Below, piece by piece: positions 17,264-25,707 of a DNA stretch of 39,543 bases; within the stretch, counting starts at the first letter, position 1; every line of letters begins with the position of its first letter. The notes under the pieces are model-generated. The model searched no databases, was not told the DNA's origin, and was given only the letters and a program-made list of their open reading frames with translations. A program made the translations under genes and the position numbers. Origin of the DNA: Snowella sp. (GTDB lineage: Bacteria > Cyanobacteriota > Cyanobacteriia > Cyanobacteriales > Microcystaceae); assembly GCA_035285545.1 (NCBI GenBank), contig JAYKGY010000139.1, positions 1 to 39,543 of the forward strand, read 5' to 3'.

Positions 17264-19870
17264 TTATGATTGTAAAACCTTTTGTAATACGCGATCGCGT
17301 AAGGTTTGGAGCATCAAATCAAATTCAGGGTCATAAAACGGGGAAGGAAAGGCCTCGGCAAACCAAGTATTAATAGGTAAGTTTTCAACGACCAAAAAGA
17401 AATCATCGGGATTGGGCCCATCAATATGACGGCTGACAACCCCAAACCCTAAGCGTTGTCGTCGATATTGTAAAAAAGGGCTATTGTTTCTAATCCATTG
17501 GTCAAAGGTCGCAGCAGGAAGCTTTTCGGCTTGGGCCATTGAAGCGATTAACTGATCCTTCAGCTTCGGCGGCAGAGGAAGTTCTGTTTTTTCTAACCAG
17601 GCTCGTTCTAAGAGTTTTTCCCGTTGATCCGGTTGGTTCCAAGCCTGTAACACTAAGGCGGTGGGCTGGGGTAAGGAATCGAGCAGCGGAGATTTCCCTT
17701 GAGAAATAGCCAGTAAAGCTTGGGCCGTGGGGTTTCCGTATGTTTGGAGATCTTGTTGGGCTTCTTCTAATCGCCCTTGCCACCAATAGAGGGCACCCCG
17801 AATTTGATGTAAGGTAGCTTGCAGACTGGAAGATTTTGCAGAAGCATTTTTGATCAGTTCATTGAGTTGCGTTTCGACTTCTTTTAAAACCAACGGATAA
17901 ATGGGTTGTAAAACGGGCCCACGCCAAAAAGGAGAGGTGATAAATAGAGGATCGCGTAAACACTCTAGGCTAAAAGCCGCGATCGCTAAATCCGTTTTTT
18001 GTTGAGCCAGTAAACTCAAACCCAGACCATAAAAAACACCCCGTTTAGCCGGAACTAATTGCAACGCCTTGGCAAAGGAAATTGAAGCCGCTTGGGGATT
18101 TCGAGAAAGTTCAAGCCAGCCGGAATTGGTATGGGCAAACTCTTGATAGGGAGAAACTTCTAAACTTGTTTTAAACCATTTTAGGCTTTCTTCTGTAAAT
18201 TGATTTTTAATCGTTTCATTCGGCGCAAGTAAACCAATATTTCCTAAATTCCAGGCGAGTTGATTCGGATAATAGGCTTCCCAAGGGGTAATTTGATGAG
18301 CTTGAGTAAGCAATTGTACAAAAGGCGGCACTTTTTTGGCATCTAAGGCACTAAAACTTTGATTAGACAATTGCCAAGCCCGTTGGATAGGGATTAACCA
18401 AATCAACATAGCTATCATTAACCCTAAGCCCCCATAGCAGCAAGCCGTTTTTGTTTTTGGACTGGTTAAAACTTTAGACCCAATAGCGGGAGATTCACTG
18501 CACTGATCGGGAGAAGTGACAGAAACGGACTGCCAAGCTCGAAACAGGGTTAGCAAAACAACAGTATAAATCATTAAGGTTCCACTGATGGCTATATTAT
18601 CGAGTTGATAATCCGTAATGCTAGTAACGCCATAGCCCAAGATTGCGCCGACCAGACCCCAAATTATAATGAAATCTCTAGCAGATTCGGTTGTTTGAGA
18701 TGGCTTTGTTTTAAACCGTTTTACCCATTGCCAGAGTTGATAAATTAGCCAAATCAAGAATGCTAAAGGAATAATGATTCCCCAAATGCCCATTTCCGCA
18801 AAAAGCTGAGCAGGGGTACTATGCAATTGATAGGTGATTTCTGAATCCCGTCCCGCCCAAATCGGTCGATACTTTTGATACAAGATCGGTACACCGCCCA
18901 AACCGATTCCTGTTAAGGGCTGACTGCTCCCCATTCGCCAACCCAGGGTTGCATTGAGTAAGCGATAACCCAGTTCTCCTGTGCTTTGACCTTGAAATAG
19001 GTTGATTAAACTGCTCTGAAGACGATTATTGGAGAGAAATAAGACCGCGATCGCGCCCACAATCCCTAAGCTGGCAAACCCTAACCAACGACGGGGAACT
19101 TGACCTTGAATCCATAATCCCAACAGTGCGAACAAGCCAAAGGTTACTAACCCCAACCAACCGCCACGAGAGCTAGTGGTATAAAAATCAATCAAGCCTA
19201 AAAGGGTTGCGCCAATCCAAAGCCATCGTTTTTTTCCTGATTCGATCAAACTCAGGGCAATTAACAACGGTAATGCTAAAACTAAATACCCCGCAACATA
19301 ATTTTGATGGCCAAGCGGGGCCCAGTTGCGTAACTCTAGGGTAGAAAAATTAAAGGCTAAATTTACCCCCTGTTGTTTGGCTGTATTAATCAAGGCGAGT
19401 TGAGGTAGCCAGGTTTGGGTTGTCCACAGTCCTAAACTGACTAAAATAAACGCAATATTCAAATATCCCTGTTTAACCAGCAATTCGTAGCCTGATTGAG
19501 GATTTTTTAACCAATAACGTAGCGCATACAAAGCTGCAACAAATCCCAAGGCGGCCCAGGCATACCATCTCGCCTGATTGGGAAACTCTGCCCCTAATGT
19601 TGAAACCAATAACCCCAAAACCGCGATCGCGACAACCCAATCTAAACCTAGCCCTAACCCTTGGAGCCGTTCCTGTTGCCACACCTGCCACAACAACCAG
19701 AGCATGGGCGTTAACAGAGCCATTTGCCAAATAAAAACCCAGGGCCAAGACACAACTAAGCTGCTGCTATTGGGTAACAGAGTAAAAAGGGCATAAAAAC
19801 AGGCAGTTAATAGGGCAAATAAGCGACCACCCGTTTCGCTAGAATCTTGGCTTAAATTAGGCTTTGGCAT
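17264..19870 (-). CDS. O-antigen ligase (Wzy_C)-family membrane protein with C-terminal TPR-like region
   Basis: LGHQNYVAGYL, TSSRGGWLG, PLTGIGLG and QLHSTPAQLFAEMG motifs; ~12 TM segments. Confidence 0.85.
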   Translation of the reverse strand: MPKPNLSQDSSETGGRLFALLTACFYALFTLLPNSSSLVVSWPWVFIWQMALLTPMLWLLWQVWQQERLQGLGLGLDWVVAIAVLGLLVSTLGAEFPNQARWYAWAALGFVAALYALRYWLKNPQSGYELLVKQGYLNIAFILVSLGLWTTQTWLPQLALINTAKQQGVNLAFNFSTLELRNWAPLGHQNYVAGYLVLALPLLIALSLIESGKKRWLWIGATLLGLIDFYTTSSRGGWLGLVTFGLFALLGLWIQGQVPRRWLGFASLGIVGAIAVLFLSNNRLQSSLINLFQGQSTGELGYRLLNATLGWRMGSSQPLTGIGLGGVPILYQKYRPIWAGRDSEITYQLHSTPAQLFAEMGIWGIIIPLAFLIWLIYQLWQWVKRFKTKPSQTTESARDFIIIWGLVGAILGYGVTSITDYQLDNIAISGTLMIYTVVLLTLFRAWQSVSVTSPDQCSESPAIGSKVLTSPKTKTACCYGGLGLMIAMLIWLIPIQRAWQLSNQSFSALDAKKVPPFVQLLTQAHQITPWEAYYPNQLAWNLGNIGLLAPNETIKNQFTEESLKWFKTSLEVSPYQEFAHTNSGWLELSRNPQAASISFAKALQLVPAKRGVFYGLGLSLLAQQKTDLAIAAFSLECLRDPLFITSPFWRGPVLQPIYPLVLKEVETQLNELIKNASAKSSSLQATLHQIRGALYWWQGRLEEAQQDLQTYGNPTAQALLAISQGKSPLLDSLPQPTALVLQAWNQPDQREKLLERAWLEKTELPLPPKLKDQLIASMAQAEKLPAATFDQWIRNNSPFLQYRRQRLGFGVVSRHIDGPNPDDFFLVVENLPINTWFAEAFPSPFYDPEFDLMLQTLRDRVLQKVLQS

Positions 19871-19877
19871 AGGTGAC

Positions 19878-19910
19878 AGTTAATAATTAATAGTTAATAA
19901 TTAATAATTG
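19878..19910 (+). repeat. STRR-like heptamer tandem repeat A(G/A)TTAAT x4
   Basis: AGTTAAT AATTAAT AGTTAAT AATTAAT AATTG in the 64-bp divergent intergenic gap. Confidence 0.55.
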
Positions 19911-19934
19911 CTGATAATTTATTATTCATTAATA

Positions 19935-20963
19935 ATGGACGCTCAAGCCCATCCGTTAGCGATCGCGCGTATCTTAGATGCCAATTTAGACCGAGCCAGG
20001 GAAGGATTACGCATTATCGAAGAATGGTGTCGCTTTGGGCTGGATCATAGTCAATTAGCCGAAATGTGTAAACAGATGCGGCAAGAGTTGGGGCGATGGC
20101 ACACCGCAGAATTACGATTGGCCCGCAATACCCCTGACGATGTGGGAACCCATTTATCCCATCCCCAGGAAGAAACCCGTGAGAGCGTGGATCACCTCCT
20201 GCAAGCCAATCTCTGTCGAGTCCAAGAAGCATTACGGGCCCTAGAGGAATATGGCAAACTCTATCATTCCGACATGGGAGCCAGTTTTAAGCAATTACGT
20301 TATCAAGTTTATGGCCTAGAAAGTCAGTTGCTATCGGCCCGTCGTTTGGAAAAATTAAAGGCGGCTCGTTTATATTTAGTCACCTCTCCTGTTGATAATT
20401 TATTGGCAACCGTAGAAGCGGCTCTCAAAGGTGGATTAAGCCTCGTTCAATATCGGGATAAAGATACAGATGATGTGATCCGTTTCCAGAATGCCCAAAA
20501 ATTGTGTCAACTCTGCCATGATTACGATGCTTTATTTTTAATTAACGATCGCGTCGATTTAGCCGTTGCCGTTAATGCGGATGGAATTCATTTAGGTCAA
20601 CAGGATCTACCCATTGCTGTTGCTCGTCAAATTCTCGGCCCGCAACGGATTATTGGCCGTTCTACCACGAATCCCGAAGAAATGGCCAAAGCGTTGGCAG
20701 AAGGTGCAGACTATATCGGCGTGGGCCCTGTTTATGAAACCCCGACTAAAGTGGGCAAAGCCGCCGCAGGTTTAAGTTACGTGAGTTACGCCGCCCAACA
20801 TTCGCCCGTTCCTTGGTTCGCGATCGGCGGAATTGATGCAGAAAAGTTAGGAGATGTTCTCCAAGCAGGAGCCAAACAAGTTGCCGTGGTACGAGCGATT
20901 ATGCAGGCGGAAAACCCCACTCAAGTGACTCAAACTTTATTAACCCAATTAACGGATAAATAA
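19935..20963 (+). CDS. thiE: Thiamine-phosphate synthase with cyanobacterial N-terminal ThiD2 domain
   Basis: RILDANLDRAREGLRIIEEWCRF; VQYRDK, INDRVD, GIHLGQQD, TPTK, FAIGGI. Confidence 0.95.
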   Translation: MDAQAHPLAIARILDANLDRAREGLRIIEEWCRFGLDHSQLAEMCKQMRQELGRWHTAELRLARNTPDDVGTHLSHPQEETRESVDHLLQANLCRVQEALRALEEYGKLYHSDMGASFKQLRYQVYGLESQLLSARRLEKLKAARLYLVTSPVDNLLATVEAALKGGLSLVQYRDKDTDDVIRFQNAQKLCQLCHDYDALFLINDRVDLAVAVNADGIHLGQQDLPIAVARQILGPQRIIGRSTTNPEEMAKALAEGADYIGVGPVYETPTKVGKAAAGLSYVSYAAQHSPVPWFAIGGIDAEKLGDVLQAGAKQVAVVRAIMQAENPTQVTQTLLTQLTDK

Positions 20964-21049
20964 CGGCGATCGCTAGGGTTTGTAACAGAGTAGGCTAATC
21001 GCCATAACACGTTTATTGTCATGTTATACAGAAAACTTCTTGCGATCGC

Positions 21050-21139
21050 TCCTAAATGGGGTGATATACCGAAAGTTTCCACATATTGTTACTCTGAAGA
21101 GTGTTATACGGAAAATTTCTGTATAATCGATAGTTATGC
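21050..21139 (+). mobile_element. Degenerate attC-like recombination site (site 1)
   Basis: Imperfect palindrome (GATATACCGAAAGTTTCC...ACTC-TGAA-GAGT...GGAAAATTTCTGTATAATC) ending in R' box GTTATGC (21133-21139); left R'' box eroded. Confidence 0.6.
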
Positions 21140-21207
21140 CGCTGGAATCTAGTCGTGTGAAATAGAGGTTTTAAGTAAAGCGATGGCTTCCTTTAACGGT
21201 TAGGTCT

Positions 21208-21621
21208 ATGAATAAAAATAATCCGTTTTCTCCACAGGGAGACCATGAATCAAATGGGGAAAGACTTGTCTCCTTACCCCCTGAAAAGCTGTCTGAAGTT
21301 GACACTATTGAGATTCTGATTCTTGATGGAAGAGGTGCTCTTGAAGGAATGAAAATTCTTGATGACGCGCCTTATAAGCTTGTTGAGGGTCAGATTGTAC
21401 AAGAAATTGCTAATTTATTTCGCCAATTGCCTTCAGGACAACCCGCACGTTGCCATACACCACCTTTTGGTCTGCGGTTTTACGTAGAAAATGGCTCACA
21501 AGTGCAATGCTCGATATGTTGGGAGTGTAATAACATCTATGGAGACTTTCAGTATGATTTTGATGCAGAGAATTCTATTTCTCAAAGTTTGCTAATGTTG
21601 CTGGGTAGACTTTCCAAGTGA
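21208..21621 (+). CDS. Hypothetical protein in an integron-type gene cassette
   Basis: 137 aa with ARCHTPPFGLRF and CSICWECNN Cys motifs; bounded by GTTATGC and GCATAAC. Confidence 0.8.
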   Translation: MNKNNPFSPQGDHESNGERLVSLPPEKLSEVDTIEILILDGRGALEGMKILDDAPYKLVEGQIVQEIANLFRQLPSGQPARCHTPPFGLRFYVENGSQVQCSICWECNNIYGDFQYDFDAENSISQSLLMLLGRLSK

Positions 21622-21642
21622 AGGTTCTTGCTAGAGATCGCT

Positions 21643-21731
21643 GCATAACAAGCCCGTTGCACACCGACCGTATCAGTTTGGTTGGTGAATCCGAGAGGTT
21701 ACTAGCAGCGGGTGAACGGGGTCGGTTAGAC
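21643..21731 (+). mobile_element. attC site (59-base element), 89 bp
   Basis: R'' GCATAAC, 5-bp spacer, L'' CGTTGCAC; L' GTGAACG, 6-bp spacer, R' GTTAGAC; L''/L' pair with one extrahelical G. Confidence 0.88.
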
Positions 21732-21754
21732 CTCCAATCTCAACGGTGAATTAA

Positions 21755-22144
21755 ATGCCAAAACTTTTTCTTAGCTCTGCTCTCTTGGCTTCTTCTGTAC
21801 TTTTTAGCTTTGTTTTGCCCAGTGCTGCTCAAGTTCCGTCAGCAGACTGTAATACCGTCATTCGTCAAGGGTCTACTGTAAATTGGATGACTCTTGTTAA
21901 TGGACTCCCCTTTAATCGAGGAATTTTTAGGATTGACGCTGTTCGTTCTGATGGCGGATGGTCAGCTACCTCTACCAACCAAAGTGGTGGTACTAGACCG
22001 ATAGGTGTTAATGGTAGGCTCAATTCTTCCAGTTTCACGCTATTAAATGCTGCCTCTAGTGAAACATGGACTGGCAGTTGTAACCAGAGAGGTATTGGTG
22101 GTCAAATCAATGGTGGCTCAGGCATAAGATTCGTGATTTGGTAA
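21755..22144 (+). CDS. Secreted hypothetical protein (cassette-borne)
   Basis: Signal peptide ending SAA-Q; two Cys; beta-rich; starts 24 bp after the attC R' box. Confidence 0.75.
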   Translation: MPKLFLSSALLASSVLFSFVLPSAAQVPSADCNTVIRQGSTVNWMTLVNGLPFNRGIFRIDAVRSDGGWSATSTNQSGGTRPIGVNGRLNSSSFTLLNAASSETWTGSCNQRGIGGQINGGSGIRFVIW

Positions 22145-22281
22145 TTTTCAGAGGTGCTTTTACCCTTTCGCTGAAAGCTTATAATCTTGCGTAATCTTTG
22201 CAGAAGACTGCATCGCCCTTGTTTTAACCTGTTAAGAGAGGGGGATGCTATTATTTTTATAAAAGGCTTTGAGGATAGAAT

Positions 22282-22494
22282 ATGATGAAAAGTCGCAGTT
22301 TCACAGTCATTCTGCATAAAGAAGATGATATGTACATTGCTGAATGCCCAGAGGTTGGGACAGTTGATCAGGGGGAAACGATCGAGCAGGCGATCGCGGG
22401 TTTGAGAGAGGCAACACGGCTCTACTTAGAGGAATTTTCCCTACCTGAAACATCTCCTAGACTTGTAACCAGCATTGAGATTAGCTATGCCTAG
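22282..22494 (+). CDS. hicB: HicB family antitoxin (short form)
   Basis: FTVILHKEDDMYIAECPEVGTVDQGETIEQAIAGLREATRLYLEE. Confidence 0.92.
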   Translation: MMKSRSFTVILHKEDDMYIAECPEVGTVDQGETIEQAIAGLREATRLYLEEFSLPETSPRLVTSIEISYA

Positions 22495-22714
22495 GATGCC
22501 ACGTATCTCAAGCAAAGAAGCAATTCGAGCATTTGAGCGGTTAGGATTCGAGCAAGTTCGTCAAACAGGTAGTCATGTTGTGATAAAGAAACAAACCGAA
22601 GATGGCGCAATTGGCTGTGTTGTTCCTATGCATCGGGAATTAAAGATTGGTACGTTGAGCGGCATTCTTAAGCAAGCGCGGGTCACAGTCGAAGAGTTCA
22701 TTGATAGTCTGTGA
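22487..22714 (+). CDS. hicA: HicA family mRNA interferase toxin
   Basis: GFEQVRQTGSHVV...VVPMHRELKIGTLSGILKQA; overlaps the hicB stop. Confidence 0.92.
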   Translation: MPRMPRISSKEAIRAFERLGFEQVRQTGSHVVIKKQTEDGAIGCVVPMHRELKIGTLSGILKQARVTVEEFIDSL

Positions 22715-22715
22715 G

Positions 22716-22745
22716 GTCTAACTAGACCGTTAGACAGACATTTTG
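22716..22745 (+). mobile_element. Truncated attC-like site (site 3)
   Basis: GTCTAAC 1 bp after the hicA stop is the exact complement of upstream R' GTTAGAC; followed by TAGACC-GTTAGAC-AGACATTTT. Confidence 0.6.
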
Positions 22746-22751
22746 AGAATT

Positions 22752-23322
22752 TCAAAGTAGTCCATCGTATACCCTGAGTTCTGCTACAGTCTGGGCTAGA
22801 CCTTGCCTTTCATAAGCTGCAAGTAACCCCTCAACACTTTGCGGCGGATTTTTTAAACTCATTCGCTGTCGCTTAGCAGCTTCGCAAATCACTGAAGGAG
22901 CTAAATCAATCAGATGGATAATGAACTCATCGGGATGCTGAGCTTTGATACCATATTGTTCAAGTAGTTGTAGCCGGAAAATCTGACAGATTGTAAGTAA
23001 CAATTACATCAGCTCCTGCACAAATTGCAGCCGCTAGTACATGACGGTCATTTGCATCTGGTAAGTTTAGTGATGGAATTAGATCTTTATAACCCAGAAC
23101 AAGACAATCACGCACATTACTGTTCATTAGATCTCTTGTGCGGTGAAGACGCTCCTCTGTGAGATCAGGTCTATTCTTCAAAACATTCCGAATCCACTCA
23201 TCATGAATTTCATCAGTCCATTTGGCACGGAACAAATCTGTTATTGCCAAGTGCATCAAAAAATCACGTAGAGGAGCTGGGTATAAAACACATGCGTCGA
23301 ATAATGCAGTGAAGTTGGTCAC
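22752..23322 (-). pseudogene. PIN-domain (VapC-like) toxin, frameshifted
   Basis: LFDACVLYPAPLRD...LPDANDRHVLAAA...IVTYNLSDFP, then a frame break near 22963-22970; continues LEQYGIKAQHPDEF in another frame. Confidence 0.88.
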
Positions 23323-23324
23323 AA

Positions 23325-23810
23325 TCAATAGCCCATGGCTAACTCTTGTGCTTCGCGTGTAAGTTCTTCAAGAGTTTGTAGTCTTTTCTGGTCTATGTCA
23401 TGCTTATATTTCATGAGGTCGTTAAATCGAATCCGGCGATGAGTTCCCACTTTTCGGTATGGAATCTCGCCCTTGTCAATCAGACTGATCAGGAACGGAC
23501 GGGACACATTTAAGATATCTGCTGCTTGCTGAGTCGTTAATTCAGCATGTACAGGCATCAAAGTAACTGCATTGCCACAAGCCATTTGCGTCAGGATATC
23601 AGTTAAAAGGCGAAATGCAGACATCGGAATAACAACCACTTCCTCTGGCTCATTATCCGCCTGTACACGCAGCCTGAGGTCAGGCAACTGGTTTCCAACA
23701 GGGCATTTTTCTAGAAATCTTGAAAGCTGACGGCTTGACTCACGCGCAAGCTCTGTATCTGCCGCAGTCGGTGCAATTGTCTCTTGAAAATCAGCGATTC
23801 CAGTAGCCAT
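23325..23810 (-). CDS. Excisionase-like (HTH_17/MerR-type) DNA-binding antitoxin
   Basis: ELTTQQAADILNVSRPFLISLIDKGEIPYRKVGTHRRI; coupled to the PIN gene. Confidence 0.9.
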   Translation of the reverse strand: MATGIADFQETIAPTAADTELARESSRQLSRFLEKCPVGNQLPDLRLRVQADNEPEEVVVIPMSAFRLLTDILTQMACGNAVTLMPVHAELTTQQAADILNVSRPFLISLIDKGEIPYRKVGTHRRIRFNDLMKYKHDIDQKRLQTLEELTREAQELAMGY

Positions 23811-23875
23811 TGTCTTGTCCCGCTCATACTGTTGGTTTAACTCTTGTCCAGAGTGACTACGACCTAGTGTACCCC

Positions 23876-23911
23876 ACAAACGAAATAAATGCAGCAAACG
23901 CAACAAACGAA
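23876..23911. promoter_or_regulatory. Four tandem 9-bp direct repeats, putative operator of the HTH-PIN operon
   Basis: ACAAACGAA ATAAATGCA GCAAACGCA ACAAACGAA. Confidence 0.6.
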
Positions 23912-23970
23912 AAATATGTTTTTGTCACAACTTGCTCACCAGCTTAGAATCTAGTGCGATCGCCGATCTT

Positions 23971-23991
23971 GTAGAGTGCATCTCACGCACC
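23971..23991 (+). repeat. GTAG-type REP-like palindrome
   Basis: GTAG-A-GTGC-ATCTCAC-GCAC-C. Confidence 0.45.
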
Positions 23992-24021
23992 TTTGATCTA
24001 ATGATAAAATCTTCAATCGTA

Positions 24022-24066
24022 AACAGACAAAACCTCTCACTGGTCTTGGGTTTTTCTGTTATTTTC
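24022..24066 (+). terminator. Hairpin with T-rich tail
   Basis: AACAGAcAAAACC...GGTTTTTCTGTT followed by ATTTTC. Confidence 0.4.
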
Positions 24067-24205
24067 TCTCTACCTAACCGTAAGATTTTTTCTTAGTTGC
24101 ATATCGCGTAACTTTTTTAACTGCGTCGATTAATAAGCTGACCCAGTAACCAACCTAGTGTCTTGGAGAACATTTCCCTCCCCATCATGTTCTTGCTTTT
24201 TGCTT

Positions 24206-24220
24206 TGAGAATGATTATCA
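24206..24220. promoter_or_regulatory. Fur-family (Fur/Zur) box upstream of folE
   Basis: TGAGAAT-G-ATTATCA, one mismatch to TGATAATnATTATCA. Confidence 0.75.
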
Positions 24221-24248
24221 TTGTCATGTTGTTTTAATCCATTTATTC

Positions 24249-24875
24249 ATGACTCAATCTCCCAGTCTGCCGAAGCTCATTACTACGGGGGAATCTCCTG
24301 TCAGCGAACAAGAAATGCTTCAAGCGGTTAGAACCTTACTACTCGGACTCGGTGAAGATCCTGATCGCGAGGGGTTAAGAGATACCCCAAAACGAGTGGT
24401 TAAAGCCCTCAAATTTCTCACGTCTGGCTATCAACAATCGATTGACGAATTACTGAACGGTGCAATATTTCACGAAAATACAGATGAAATGGTACTAGTA
24501 CGGGATATTGATTTATTTAGCTCCTGCGAACATCATATTTTGCCGATTATTGGTCGTGCTCATGTCGCCTATATTCCCAATGGGAAGGTGATTGGACTGT
24601 CAAAAATTGCCCGTGTCTGCGAAATGTATGCCCGTCGCTTACAGGTGCAAGAACGTCTGACAGCCCAGATCGCTGATGCCTTACAGGGATTGCTACAACC
24701 CCAAGGGGTAGCAGTCGTCGTAGAAGCAACGCATATGTGTATGGTGATGCGCGGTGTCCAAAAATCAGGCTCTTGGACTTCTACGAGTGCGTTAAGAGGT
24801 ATTTTTGCGGAAGATGCTAAAACTCGCCATGAATTCATGAGTCTGATCCATCATTCTCCTGCTTTTCATGGTTAA
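24249..24875 (+). CDS. folE: GTP cyclohydrolase I
   Basis: [45 protein letters not shown]. Confidence 0.97.
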   Translation: MTQSPSLPKLITTGESPVSEQEMLQAVRTLLLGLGEDPDREGLRDTPKRVVKALKFLTSGYQQSIDELLNGAIFHENTDEMVLVRDIDLFSSCEHHILPIIGRAHVAYIPNGKVIGLSKIARVCEMYARRLQVQERLTAQIADALQGLLQPQGVAVVVEATHMCMVMRGVQKSGSWTSTSALRGIFAEDAKTRHEFMSLIHHSPAFHG

Positions 24876-24912
24876 TCAAGGGGGGATCATTGATTCGGTG
24901 CCCAATTCTGCA

Positions 24913-24935
24913 TGATAGAATGATAATCATTCTCA
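24913..24935 (+). promoter_or_regulatory. Extended -10 overlapping a Fur-family box
   Basis: TG-A-TAGAAT (24913-24921) overlapping TGATAAT-C-ATTCTCA (24921-24935). Confidence 0.72.
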
Positions 24936-24948
24936 TAACCACCTTAGA

Positions 24949-25707
24949 ATGATTATTGCAGTTACAAGTAGCTTGGCCGCTGGCAAAACGCATTGGATTC
25001 GGAATCAGATCCCTCAAACTAGGGGGAAGATAACGTATTTTAGTCCAAATACCGATTCTTTTCCCATTGATCGTCTTTATTTACAGAGTGAATTTCCCCA
25101 TTTAGCTTTTTTATCGATGGGAGATGAAAAACGTCTACTGGATTTATCTGCCGAAGAAACGGTCTATTTAGAATTTCCTTGGTACATAGACCCAGAATCT
25201 CTCGAAAGTTTTCTGAAACCTTTGAATTGTCATCGGGTCACCCTTGAATCCAATGGGGAACTAATCGGTGCGTCAACAACAGACTCAACGGAACTGCCTC
25301 CTAATGCTAAAAAACTCGCAGAACGGTTAACAGACTCGGATATTCAAATTCATCGTGCCTTATTAACGGGAGAAGTTCTCGATTTCGATAGTTTAGAGAC
25401 TTTTTGGCAAGAATTGATTCAGGGGGCGTATGGTGAAGTACTCCGCGTCAAAGCAATCCTTAATATTGTGGATGGGCGTTCGATTTACGGTGAATTTACC
25501 GAAGGTTATCCTCTAACAGAGTTTATTCCCTTGAATTTTCCCCCTCATCTGGATGGCAGACCTCATCGGTTTAGTGGTCTCGAAATTGTCGGCAGTCGTC
25601 TCGATAAAGCCGCGATCGCCGATACCTTAAGTGATTGTTGCCTGAGCGATGAAATTCTTGACTATTACCAACAACAAATTAAAGAATCACTTGCAATGGA
25701 GGAATAG
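24949..25707 (+). CDS. Degenerate G3E/CobW-like protein with CobW_C-type C-terminus
   Basis: Remnant Walker A TSSLAAGKT; C-terminal LETFWQEL..GAYGEVLRVKA...GLEIVGSRLD; no CxCC motif. Confidence 0.65.
   Translation: MIIAVTSSLAAGKTHWIRNQIPQTRGKITYFSPNTDSFPIDRLYLQSEFPHLAFLSMGDEKRLLDLSAEETVYLEFPWYIDPESLESFLKPLNCHRVTLESNGELIGASTTDSTELPPNAKKLAERLTDSDIQIHRALLTGEVLDFDSLETFWQELIQGAYGEVLRVKAILNIVDGRSIYGEFTEGYPLTEFIPLNFPPHLDGRPHRFSGLEIVGSRLDKAAIADTLSDCCLSDEILDYYQQQIKESLAMEE

Noticed and set aside
19871..19934. TPP riboswitch before thiE
   Set aside because: Only 64 bp of AT-rich heptamer repeats; no CTGAGA core.
20964..24248. Integron integrase, transposase or phage integrase for the island
   Set aside because: No tyrosine/serine recombinase or DDE ORF present; the excisionase-like protein is the antitoxin partner of a PIN gene.
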